Source of the DNA: Aeromicrobium sp.
Lineage (GTDB): Bacteria > Actinomycetota > Actinomycetes > Propionibacteriales > Nocardioidaceae
Direction: 5' to 3'
DNA length: 32,822 nt
Assembly: GCA_035250065.1 (NCBI GenBank)
Contig: DATFFJ010000117.1
Location: 1-32,822, forward strand
The notes under the pieces were generated by a model, which saw only the letters and a list, made by a program, of their open reading frames with translations, was not told the DNA's origin and made no database searches. A program made the position numbers and the translations under genes. This document shows, one piece after another, positions 24,928 through 32,822 of this stretch; position 1 is the first letter of the stretch, and the number at the start of each line of letters is the position of its first letter.

Positions 24928-25134
24928 ATGAAGCGCGACATCCACCCCGAGTACGTGGTCACCCAGGTGTCTTGCACCTGCGGCAACACCTTCACGACCC
25001 GGAGCACGGCCACCGATGGCACCATCCGTGCCGAGGTGTGCTCGAACTGTCACCCGTTCTACACGGGTAAGCAGAAGATTCTCGACACCGGCGGACGCGT
25101 CGCCAAGTTCGAGAAGCGCTACGGCAAGAAGTAA
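24928..25134 (+). CDS. rpmE: 50S ribosomal protein L31 (zinc-binding type)
   Basis: [35 protein letters not shown] before ATG 24928. Confidence 0.97.
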   Translation: MKRDIHPEYVVTQVSCTCGNTFTTRSTATDGTIRAEVCSNCHPFYTGKQKILDTGGRVAKFEKRYGKK

Positions 25135-25141
25135 CTGAGGC

Positions 25142-26209
25142 GTGTTCGAGGCCGTCGAGTCCCTCGTCGCCGAACACGCGTCACTGGAGCAGCGTCTCGC
25201 CGACCCTGCGGTACACGCGGATCAGGCCGAGGCCAAGCGTTTGGGTCAGCGGTACGCCGAACTGACCGCGGTCGTGCGCGCCTATCGCGAGTGGCAGCAG
25301 GCCTCCGACGACCTGGCCGCCGCCCGCGAGCTGGACGACCCGGGCTTCGCCGATGAGATCGTGTCGCTGGAACAGCGCATCCCCGAACTGGAGGAGCGCC
25401 TCCAGCACCTGCTCGTTCCCCGGGATGCGGCTGATTCCAAGGACGTCATCCTCGAGATCAAGGGCGGCGAGGGCGGTGAGGAGTCGGCGCTGTTCGCCGG
25501 CGACCTGTTGCGGATGTACACCCGCTTCGCCGAGCGGCGGAACTGGAAGCTCGACATCCTCGATTCGACCGAGTCGGCGCTGGGTGGCTACAAGTCCGTC
25601 ACCGCTGCGGTCAAGGCCAAAGGAACGCCAGAGCCCGGTGAGGCGCCGTACGCCCTGCTGAAGTTCGAGGGCGGCGTGCATCGCGTCCAGCGTGTGCCGG
25701 TCACGGAGTCGCAAGGTCGCATTCACACTTCGGCCGCCGGCGTGCTCGTGCTGCCGGAGGCCGAGGATGTCGACGTTGCCATCGACCCGAACGACTTGCG
25801 GATCGACGTGTTTCGCTCGTCCGGCCCCGGGGGTCAGAGCGTCAACACGACCGACTCGGCCGTCCGCATCACGCACGTGCCGACCGGCATCGTGGTGAGC
25901 TGCCAGAACGAGAAGAGCCAGCTCCAGAACAAGGAGCAGGCGATGCGCATCCTTCGATCACGGTTGCTGGAGGCAGCCCAGGAGGCCGCCGACGCCGAGG
26001 CGTCCGAAGCTCGACGCTCGCAAGTCCGGACGGTCGACCGGTCTGAGCGGGTGCGCACGTACAACTTCCCGGAGAACCGGATCTCCGATCACCGCACCGG
26101 GTTCAAGGCGTACAACCTCGATCAGGTGATGGACGGGGCCTTGGACGACGTCATCGCCTCGCTGGTGGACGCCGACCTGGCCGAGCGCCTTGCGAACGTC
26201 GACCAATGA
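25142..26209 (+). CDS. prfA: Peptide chain release factor 1
   Basis: [21 protein letters not shown] (PxT), [10 protein letters not shown] (GGQ), RTYNFP. Confidence 0.97.
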   Translation: MFEAVESLVAEHASLEQRLADPAVHADQAEAKRLGQRYAELTAVVRAYREWQQASDDLAAARELDDPGFADEIVSLEQRIPELEERLQHLLVPRDAADSKDVILEIKGGEGGEESALFAGDLLRMYTRFAERRNWKLDILDSTESALGGYKSVTAAVKAKGTPEPGEAPYALLKFEGGVHRVQRVPVTESQGRIHTSAAGVLVLPEAEDVDVAIDPNDLRIDVFRSSGPGGQSVNTTDSAVRITHVPTGIVVSCQNEKSQLQNKEQAMRILRSRLLEAAQEAADAEASEARRSQVRTVDRSERVRTYNFPENRISDHRTGFKAYNLDQVMDGALDDVIASLVDADLAERLANVDQ

Positions 26210-27063
26210 ATCCGAGGCAGCTCCTCGACGAGGCCGTCGCCACGCTCGAAGCGGGGGGAGTGGCGTCGGCGCGGACTGACGCCGAGATTCTGCTCAGCCA
26301 CGTGCTCGGCATCCCGCGATCGATGGTTGCGTTGAGTGTGCGACCGAAACCCGACCAGGTGGCGGTCTTCCGCGCGATGATCGATCGCCGCGCGTCTCGC
26401 GTTCCGCTGCAGCACCTGACCGGCGGAGTCGGGTTCCGGTACGTCGACCTCGAGGTCGGTCCGGGGGTATTCGTGCCCCGCCCGGAAACCGAGGTTCTCG
26501 CTGGGTGGGCTGTCGATGCGGCGCGAGCTGCGGGAGCCGCACCCGTCGTCGTCGATCTCTGCACCGGCTCAGGTGCGATCGCACTGTCGGTCGTGCACGA
26601 GGTTCCGAACGCTGTCGTCCACGCCGTGGAACTCGATGAGGTGGCGCTCGGCTGGGCAGCTCGCAACCTTGCCGGCACAGGCGTCGACCTGCGGCTCGGC
26701 GATGCCGCCGACGCGTTCGGCGATCTCGACGGCACGGTCGACGTCGTCGTCGCGAACCCTCCGTACATCCCACTCGACGCCTGGGAGAGCGTGGAGTTGG
26801 AAGCCCGCGACCACGATCCGGCGCTGGCGCTGTGGTCGGGTGAGGACGGCTTGAACGCCATCCGGGCCGTCGAGCAGACAGCTTGGCGCTTGCTCAAGCC
26901 CGGCGGCGTTGTCGGCGTCGAACATGCCGATGTGCAAGGAGTCGACGCTGACAACGGTGGTGCTCCGGCGGTCTTTCATGAGTCAGACCATCCATGGAAC
27001 TCGGTGCGCGACAACCCGGACCTCTCCGGTCGCCCGCGCTTCGCCACGGCCCAGAAGCCCTAG
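26206..27063 (+). CDS. prmC: Release factor glutamine methyltransferase
   Basis: [29 protein letters not shown] overlap with prfA. Confidence 0.95.
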   Translation: MNPRQLLDEAVATLEAGGVASARTDAEILLSHVLGIPRSMVALSVRPKPDQVAVFRAMIDRRASRVPLQHLTGGVGFRYVDLEVGPGVFVPRPETEVLAGWAVDAARAAGAAPVVVDLCTGSGAIALSVVHEVPNAVVHAVELDEVALGWAARNLAGTGVDLRLGDAADAFGDLDGTVDVVVANPPYIPLDAWESVELEARDHDPALALWSGEDGLNAIRAVEQTAWRLLKPGGVVGVEHADVQGVDADNGGAPAVFHESDHPWNSVRDNPDLSGRPRFATAQKP

Positions 27064-27683
27064 GTGCCTCCGCGGCCGGCGATGTCCATCAGGCGCACGA
27101 GACTCTCGACGTAGTGCCGTGTGCCGTCCCGCTCGAAGGCAGCTGTTGGGGTCGTGATCAGTGAGACCACGACGCGGTACGCCCACTCGGCCGCCTCGCG
27201 CGGTGTCAGTGACGTGGCGTCAGTCTGACCGAGCGCGCGACCGAGCTGCTCTTCGAACAGGTCGACGACGTGCTCAACCAGCGGACCCGCACCCGTGGTC
27301 AGCACGGGGAGGATCAGTTCCGGGTGCTCGGCCAGTGCCTTCTGGAGCAGCCGATGGCCGCGGGCGTACTCGACGACGAACACGATGGCGTCGATCAGGT
27401 GCGCCTCGAGATCGTCGCTGCGCCGCAGGATGGGAACCGCCGCGCCGAAGAACTGGTTGAGCTCGCGGTCCAGCACCGCCGCGACGATCGCCGATTGGTC
27501 GCCGACGTACTTGTAGACCGTGGGGCGGGAGATGCCGGCCCGCTCAGCGATCATCGCGTGCAGACGCGCATTGAGGCCTTCGGCCAGCAGGCACTCCGTC
27601 GCGGCATCGAGGATGCGCTCGCGGATGCGCTCAGCGGCTTCCGGATCGGCCGGACCCGGGCGAAGCGGCGCGACACGGGGCAT
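27060..27683 (-). CDS. TetR-family transcriptional regulator
   Basis: RERILDAATECL...IAERAGISRPTVYKY HTH. Divergent from the diiron oxygenase. TACGAT 6 nt upstream of the ATG. Confidence 0.9.
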   Translation of the reverse strand: MPRVAPLRPGPADPEAAERIRERILDAATECLLAEGLNARLHAMIAERAGISRPTVYKYVGDQSAIVAAVLDRELNQFFGAAVPILRRSDDLEAHLIDAIVFVVEYARGHRLLQKALAEHPELILPVLTTGAGPLVEHVVDLFEEQLGRALGQTDATSLTPREAAEWAYRVVVSLITTPTAAFERDGTRHYVESLVRLMDIAGRGGT

Positions 27684-27770
27684 GAACGCATCGTACGACG
27701 CTCGACAGATTCATTGACGAATGATAAGAATATGTAAACAACTTGGTGAAGCCATCGAGAGGACTCGCAC

Positions 27771-28691
27771 ATGACAGTCACCCCGACGCGGCCGACGTCC
27801 GAACGCCCTGCGATACATCCCGACGTCGTCGCCACCCGGCTGATCGGCGGCTCGGTTCGGCGCTCCTATGAGCCGACCGTCGCGATCGACTGGGACGCAC
27901 CGTTGATCGAGGGGAGGTACTTCCTGCCGAAGGAAGTGCTCTCGCTCTACGGCACGCCCTACTGGGAGGAACTGACTGAGGAGCAGCGGATTGCGTTGTC
28001 GCGGGAGGAACTCGCCAACGTGCTCTCGGTCGGCGTGTGGTTCGAGAACATCCTCAACCGCGCGTTGCTGTTGCAGCTGCTGCGGGAGGACCCGACGAGC
28101 CCCTTTGCGCACTACGCGCTGACGGAGATGGGCGATGAGTGCCGGCACATGACGATGTTCGGCAAGGTCATCGACCGGGTGGGAGCGCGGTCGTATCGCA
28201 TGGGCCGCGTCGACCGGTTCCTCACCGCGGTCCTGCCGTTCTTCCTGCGCGGGTCGCTGTTGTGGGTAGGCGCGCTGATCGGTGAGGAGATCTTTGACGC
28301 CCAGCAGCGACGCAACATGGCTGACCCCGAGCTCCAGCCGATCGTCGCTCAGCTCATGAGGATCCACGTCACCGAGGAAGCCAGGCACATCAAGTTCGCT
28401 CGCGAGGGCGTGGTCCATCGGATGCAGAACGCGTCCCGGCTCGAGCGGTTCCTGGTATCGAACCTCAACGGGCTCGGCGGGCGGGTCCTACGGCGTTCAC
28501 TCACCCATGCGGGGATCTACCACCGTGCCGGCCTGGATGCGAAGCGTGCGGTTCGCGAGATGCGCGACAACCCCTACTACCGGGAGGCCGCCGTGACCGG
28601 ATTCGCGCCGCTTGCCTCGTTCCTGGAGGAGAACGGATTGATGGGTCGCATCAGCCGCTATCTGTGGCGCCGTAACGGGTTCTTGCCGTGA
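27771..28691 (+). CDS. AurF-like (para-aminobenzoate N-oxygenase family) diiron oxygenase
   Basis: SYEP..IDWD, SLYGTPYW, WFENIL, EMGDECRH, GEE, IHVTEEARHIKFAR (two ExxH iron motifs). GAGG RBS. Confidence 0.88.
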   Translation: MTVTPTRPTSERPAIHPDVVATRLIGGSVRRSYEPTVAIDWDAPLIEGRYFLPKEVLSLYGTPYWEELTEEQRIALSREELANVLSVGVWFENILNRALLLQLLREDPTSPFAHYALTEMGDECRHMTMFGKVIDRVGARSYRMGRVDRFLTAVLPFFLRGSLLWVGALIGEEIFDAQQRRNMADPELQPIVAQLMRIHVTEEARHIKFAREGVVHRMQNASRLERFLVSNLNGLGGRVLRRSLTHAGIYHRAGLDAKRAVREMRDNPYYREAAVTGFAPLASFLEENGLMGRISRYLWRRNGFLP

Positions 28692-28726
28692 TGCGCCGTC
28701 GTGGCCACCGAAGGCATCCGCGCGGA

Positions 28727-29065
28727 ATGGCGTGGTCGCCGCCGGAGGAGCCGACCGGATTCTCGGGAAGGGCGACGCTGACCGTCGGTGATCAGGTCGT
28801 GGACGTCACCGTCCATGTGGACGGACATCTCGAGCCCCTTGACGGGCGCTATCACTGGTACGGCCGGATCGAACGGTCTGCGGCGGTCGCCGCGATCAAG
28901 GATGCCGGGGCGACCTTTGGCGTGCTTTCGATCGACGGTGCTGCCACCGCTGAGCTGCGCCTGGCCGAGTACGACCCGTGGGGCCATGTCCAGGTGAACG
29001 GCGTCGGTGCTCCGCCCTACCCGATGGAACCTGTCGAGATCGACCTTCCGGCCGTGCGGAGCTAG
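28727..29065 (+). CDS. DUF4873-like domain protein
   Basis: GHLEPLDGRYHWYGRI and EYDPWG...GVGAPPY match the small domain I recall accompanying actinobacterial AurF-like/monooxygenase genes. Start ATG 28727 (GTG 28688 possible). Confidence 0.75.
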   Translation: MAWSPPEEPTGFSGRATLTVGDQVVDVTVHVDGHLEPLDGRYHWYGRIERSAAVAAIKDAGATFGVLSIDGAATAELRLAEYDPWGHVQVNGVGAPPYPMEPVEIDLPAVRS

Positions 29066-29439
29066 CTCTTCGATACGGCCGTGTGCACGGCGTCGAGCTT
29101 CTCCACGATCGCTGGAACCTGGTCGAGCAAGTCCAGCTTTGCCTCAAGGGACGTGAGCAGCTCCTCGACCTTCGACAAGGTCGACTTGGTTTCGTCCAGC
29201 GTCGACTTCGTATCGGTGAGCGTGGTCGAGACCGTCGTGAGGGTCTCATCGACGGACGCGAGCTTCTCGTCCACCGACGACAGGGTCGTGTCCACCGACG
29301 ACAGCGTGCCGGCGACCGTGCTCAGGGTGGTGTCGACCGAACCCAGGGTGCCGTCGACACGGGCGAGGACGCCGTCGACGTTGCCCAGCACCTTGTCGGC
29401 GCGACCGAGGATGGCGGCGGGATTGGACAACAGGGCCAT
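29062..29439 (-). CDS. Hypothetical 125-aa heptad-repeat (coiled-coil/amphipathic helix) protein
   Basis: Strong GGAGAAGGAG RBS before ATG 29439. Repeats VDGVLAR VDGTLGS VDTTLST VAGTLSS VDTTLSS VDEKLAS VDETLTT. DNA shows a 21-nt period (GTCCACCGACGACAG at 29269 and 29290). Confidence 0.8.
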   Translation of the reverse strand: MALLSNPAAILGRADKVLGNVDGVLARVDGTLGSVDTTLSTVAGTLSSVDTTLSSVDEKLASVDETLTTVSTTLTDTKSTLDETKSTLSKVEELLTSLEAKLDLLDQVPAIVEKLDAVHTAVSKS

Positions 29440-29549
29440 GGGCGAGGTGCTCCTTCTCCGGAAAGTGAGTGCGACATCGTGTTGCACACACATGACCATT
29501 CCTACGCCATCCGGGCGCCGCATGGGAAGAAATGGCTGGTGAGACGATC

Positions 29550-29565
29550 TGTGATCCGGACCACA
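29550..29565. promoter_or_regulatory. Putative CRP/GlxR site TGTGA-TCCGGA-CCACA
   Basis: One mismatch to TGTGA-N6-TCACA with a palindromic spacer, in a divergent intergenic region. Confidence 0.6.
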
Positions 29566-29644
29566 TGGTGTGGGTGCGCGCCGTGTCGCCCCCGATCCGG
29601 CGTGGCAGCCGTGCCCGCTGGGCCCGACCGGGTTGGATGGGCGC

Positions 29645-30148
29645 GTGAGTGGGACGCTGGGCGATCTCGCGCTGTACGCCGCGGCTTTCGCCTTCGGTGT
29701 CGGCTCCGGCGTCCTTCCGATCATCCTCAACGCCGAGGTCTACGTCGTCGGCATGGGCGCGCTCGTGCCGCACCCGGAGCTGCTGGTCGCGATCCTGTGC
29801 CTAGGCGCCGGCACGGTCGGGGGCAAGGCGATCGTCTTCGAGCTCGTCCGGCACGGCTCGACAAAACTCAAGGCCGGCCGTGGCACCGACCGCCCGCCGC
29901 CCCGGAATCGCGTCACCAAGGCCTTGCGGAAAGGCGGCGACCGGATGTTGACACTGCTCAGCCACCGGTATCTCGGATCCGCAACGGTGCTCGTGTCCTC
30001 GGGAACGGGCATCCCGCCTCTGGCCGTGGTGACCGTCCTCGCCGCCGCATCCCGCCAGCCGCTCTGGCTGTTCTTGGTCATGGTCGGGATCGGACGCACG
30101 TCGCAGTTCCTGGCGCTTGCATTCCTCGTCCATTCGGTCGCGTCCTAA
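29645..30148 (+). CDS. DedA/VTT (SNARE-associated)-like membrane protein
   Basis: Hydrophobic helices, SGVLPIILNAEVY, GIPPLAVVTVLAA, F...GIGRT.QF. GTG 29645 has TTGGAT 6 nt upstream. Confidence 0.65.
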   Translation: MSGTLGDLALYAAAFAFGVGSGVLPIILNAEVYVVGMGALVPHPELLVAILCLGAGTVGGKAIVFELVRHGSTKLKAGRGTDRPPPRNRVTKALRKGGDRMLTLLSHRYLGSATVLVSSGTGIPPLAVVTVLAAASRQPLWLFLVMVGIGRTSQFLALAFLVHSVAS

Positions 30149-30158
30149 GGTGACGCTG

Positions 30159-30800
30159 ATGAGGTTCGACTGCTCCAACCCCGCCGATCGCGCTGCCGGC
30201 ATCGATGCCGCAACGGCGGCGATTGCCGCCGGCGACCTCGTCGTCCTGCCGACCGACACCGTCTACGGGCTGGCTGCCGACGCCTTCTCCGCCGATGCCG
30301 TCCAACGCCTGGTCGGCGCCAAAGGCCGAGGACGCGAGATGCCGCCCCCGGTCCTCATCGGCGCACCCGCGACGCTCGAGGCGCTTGCGGCCGAGGTGCC
30401 GACGTGGCTGCGTGCCATGACGGCCGAGCTGTGGCCCGGGCCGCTGACCGTCATCTGCCGGGAGCAGCCGTCGCTGAACTGGGATCTCGGCGAGACCCGG
30501 CAGACCGTGGCCGTGCGCGTCCCGAACCATGACGTCGCACTCGCGGTCTTGAAGGCCACCGGGCCGCTGGCCGTCAGCAGCGCCAACCTCACCGGCGAGC
30601 CGGCCGCCACGACGATCGACGATGCCGAACGCATGCTCGGCGAGCGTGTCGCGGTCTACCTCGACGCCGGCGCAAGCCCAGGTGGCGTGGCGTCCACGAT
30701 CCTCGACGTCACCGCGCCAACTCCGAGGATCCTGCGCGAAGGTCCGATCGGATTGGACGTGCTTCATCGCTTCAACAACACGATCGAGGCCGGTGTCTAG
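30159..30800 (+). CDS. tsaC: L-threonylcarbamoyladenylate synthase (Sua5/YrdC/YwlC)
   Basis: VVLPTDTVYGL, AKGR, LWPGPLT, AVRVP, VSSANLTG, STILD, ILREG. Start ATG 30159. Confidence 0.94.
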   Translation: MRFDCSNPADRAAGIDAATAAIAAGDLVVLPTDTVYGLAADAFSADAVQRLVGAKGRGREMPPPVLIGAPATLEALAAEVPTWLRAMTAELWPGPLTVICREQPSLNWDLGETRQTVAVRVPNHDVALAVLKATGPLAVSSANLTGEPAATTIDDAERMLGERVAVYLDAGASPGGVASTILDVTAPTPRILREGPIGLDVLHRFNNTIEAGV

Positions 30801-30805
30801 CGATC

Positions 30806-31921
30806 GTGCGCGAGTACATGGTGGTCTTCGGCATCGCTCTCGGCGTGACGTACTTGTTCGCGTCGATCGCCCGCATGCTGGCCGAGCACTTCGGCGCCGT
30901 GGCCCGAGTGCGGGACCGGGACGTGCACGCGCGGCCCACACCGTACTTCGGCGGAATCGCCATGCTCGCCGGGATCTGGGCGGCTTACCTCACGGCCACC
31001 CACCTGCCCTTCCTCTCGCGGTCTGAGGCATCGGTCTTCGCAGACGCCCGGGCGGTGCTGATCGGAGGGTCCGTGATCTGCCTCGTCGGCGTGGTCGACG
31101 ACCTGTTCGAGCTCGACGCCTTGAGCAAGCTGGCCGGGCAGGTGTTCGCCGGCGTGCTCGTCGTCGCCTTGGGGGTGAGGTTCTTCTATCTCCCGCTGCC
31201 GGGCAGCGTGTTCGGCCTTGACCAGGTGCAGGGAGCCATCTTCACCGTGCTGCTGATCGTGGGCACGGCGAATGCGGTGAACTTCATTGATGGACTGGAC
31301 GGCCTGGCCGCAGGCATGGTGGCGATCGGCGCGGTCGCGTTCTTCATCTACGCGTTCTTGCTGGCGGTTGAGAACGGCGAGTCGAGGGCCATCGCCGGCG
31401 CGCTGCTCAGCGTGGCGCTGGCCGGGGTGTGCATCGGGATCCTGCCGCACAACTTCTTTCCGGCGCGCATGTTCATCGGCGACTCCGGCTCGATGCTCGT
31501 CGGCTTCGTCCTGGCATGCTCGTCCATCACCCTGACTGGACAGTTCCCCGCGACGAGGATTGCCGAGGGAATCGCCGGAGGGCAGGCAAACTTCCTGGCG
31601 TCGCTGCTCCCTCTCATCCTGCCGGTCGCGATGTTGATGGTGCCGTTCGCCGATCTGCTTCTCGCCGTGGTTCGACGCACCCGCTCCGGTCGCTCGCCGT
31701 TCAGCCCGGACAAGCTGCACCTGCACCACCGGCTGCTGGAAATCGGCCACACCCATCGCAACGCGGTGCTCGGGATGTATTCGGTGGCCGCGCTCGTCGC
31801 CTTCGGGACGGTCGCGCTCAGCCTCATCAGCGGCTGGCTGTCCATCGTCGCCGTGGCTCTTCTCGCGGTGCTCACCGCGTGCTTCCTGTTCCTCGTTCCA
31901 CGGTGGTGGCCAGCGCAATAG
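30806..31921 (+). CDS. wecA: Polyprenyl-phosphate GlcNAc-1-phosphate transferase (WecA/Rfe, MraY family)
   Basis: RDVHARPTPYFGG, GVVDDL, NAVNFIDGLDGLA, HNFFPARMFIGDSGS, PDKLHLHHRLL. Conserved position before atp. Confidence 0.9.
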   Translation: MREYMVVFGIALGVTYLFASIARMLAEHFGAVARVRDRDVHARPTPYFGGIAMLAGIWAAYLTATHLPFLSRSEASVFADARAVLIGGSVICLVGVVDDLFELDALSKLAGQVFAGVLVVALGVRFFYLPLPGSVFGLDQVQGAIFTVLLIVGTANAVNFIDGLDGLAAGMVAIGAVAFFIYAFLLAVENGESRAIAGALLSVALAGVCIGILPHNFFPARMFIGDSGSMLVGFVLACSSITLTGQFPATRIAEGIAGGQANFLASLLPLILPVAMLMVPFADLLLAVVRRTRSGRSPFSPDKLHLHHRLLEIGHTHRNAVLGMYSVAALVAFGTVALSLISGWLSIVAVALLAVLTACFLFLVPRWWPAQ

Positions 31922-32060
31922 CCGGGCTGTCACCCACCCGTCCCGGTGTCGGGAGCCGCGTGGCCGCGTGATATTTTGCGGGCACCCCGAAACGCCATCG
32001 AAATCTTTGTATTTCGGTCGCGTGACCGCCCACCCGATTCGCCCGAGGACGGCCGCCGCC

Positions 32061-32084
32061 ATGACGACCGACATCACACGCTGA
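32061..32084 (+). other. Possible 7-codon upstream ORF (MTTDITR*) in frame with the next gene
   Basis: GAGGA at 32045-32049, ATG 32061, TGA 32082-32084, then CCG-GTG 32088 in the same frame. Confidence 0.35.
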
Positions 32085-32087
32085 CCG

Positions 32088-32309
32088 GTGACTGACGATG
32101 ACTCTCAGCCTGGTCCTGGCGTTCGCGACCTTCTCAGCCTTGGCGGCATGTTGGTCGGTTGCATCGTCGTGGGCGTCGCGATCGGGTTGTTCGTCGATGC
32201 ACGCCTCGGCTCCTCGCCGACCGGCGCCCTCATCGGCACGAGCGTCGGCATCGTCGCAGCCGGCGTCGGGTTCTGGCTTCGCATTCGCGCCTACCTCACG
32301 GGGCGGTGA
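32088..32309 (+). CDS. AtpZ/AtpI-family small membrane protein
   Basis: Two TM helices, G..IGLFVDARLGSSP.G motif. First gene of the atp operon. Confidence 0.8.
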   Translation: MTDDDSQPGPGVRDLLSLGGMLVGCIVVGVAIGLFVDARLGSSPTGALIGTSVGIVAAGVGFWLRIRAYLTGR

Positions 32310-32312
32310 CGC

Positions 32313-32735
32313 GTGAACGATACTGAGCTCCCCAAGGGCGCCGAGCCCTCGGTCGTACGTGCCGTCCTGAACCAGCGCCGTGCGGTCGTCTTGGCGCTGG
32401 TGCTCGCCGTCGGCGCGTTCTGGGTCACGGTCCCGATGGGCAACTGGGAGATGGGCTGCTTGGCTGCCGCGGGTGTGACGCTCGGCCTCTTGAATCACAT
32501 TCTGACCGAGTACGCGATCCAGAAGGCCATCGCCTCCGATGACCCGGTGACCCGCAACGCCTACGCACGCAGTTCGCTCGTCCGCCTCGGCCTCATCTCC
32601 ATCCTTGCGTTCGCGCTGGCCGCGGTGTTCTGGGAGCAGGGCGGTGTCGCGGTGCTGTTCGGCTTGGCCCTCTTCCACCTGATCGCACTCACCTTGACTG
32701 CCATTCCGCTCCTGAGAGAGGTGCGCAACTCATGA
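32313..32735 (+). CDS. ATP synthase protein I-like membrane protein (Rv1303-like)
   Basis: Four hydrophobic helices, LGLLN, SS.VRL, FGLALF...P.L+ pattern. Directly before atpB with ATGA overlap. Confidence 0.78.
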   Translation: MNDTELPKGAEPSVVRAVLNQRRAVVLALVLAVGAFWVTVPMGNWEMGCLAAAGVTLGLLNHILTEYAIQKAIASDDPVTRNAYARSSLVRLGLISILAFALAAVFWEQGGVAVLFGLALFHLIALTLTAIPLLREVRNS

Positions 32736-32822
32736 TCGCCGCTGAGTCTGAGGGCACGATCCAGATCGGTCATCACACGACCGCGACGATCGGCGGTTTG
32801 ACCTTCAACACCGACACGATCT
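32732..32822 (+). CDS. atpB: F0F1 ATP synthase subunit a, N-terminal part (runs off window end)
   Basis: Manual translation MIAAESEGTIQIGHHTTATIGGLTFNTDTI. GAGAGGTG RBS and expected operon position. Confidence 0.8.
   Translation, partial: MIAAESEGTIQIGHHTTATIGGLTFNTDTI

Noticed and set aside
29160-29400. 21-nt periodic repeats as a CRISPR array or non-coding VNTR
   Set aside because: The repeats are degenerate, in frame and lack unique spacers. The heptad protein explains them, and no cas genes are present.
28978-30153. 391-aa + strand ORF spanning the heptad and membrane genes
   Set aside because: Arg-rich composite of an antisense frame and an alternative frame of two better-supported genes.

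Overview
A 32.8 kb high-GC actinobacterial chromosomal window. The host is tentatively Nocardioidaceae/Aeromicrobium-like, inferred from gene order only. Left part: the 5' end of kgd, an AlkZ/HTH_42-family DNA glycosylase, and a fatty-acid module made of an intact ~2960-aa type I FAS, acpS, a FasR-like TetR regulator, a carboxyltransferase and a stand-alone biotin carrier, with no biotin carboxylase in the window. Four copies of an (A/T/G)TGAG-N6-CTCAT palindrome sit on the two promoters of this module. Next come osmC, a DHFR-like gene, tRNA-Arg(CCG), a LysE-family gene and a receiver-only response regulator. The rest is the conserved actinobacterial block argS-lysA-hom-thrC-thrB-rho-rpmE-prfA-prmC-tsaC-wecA-atp. 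It is interrupted by three insertions: an MmpS-like gene, a Cys-type glutathione-peroxidase homologue, and a ~3.1 kb cassette (TetR, AurF-like diiron oxygenase, DUF4873-like protein, heptad-repeat protein, DedA/VTT-like membrane protein). Many genes look leaderless. I saw no mobile elements, CRISPR arrays or rRNA. All family assignments come from motif recognition by eye, not from database searches.
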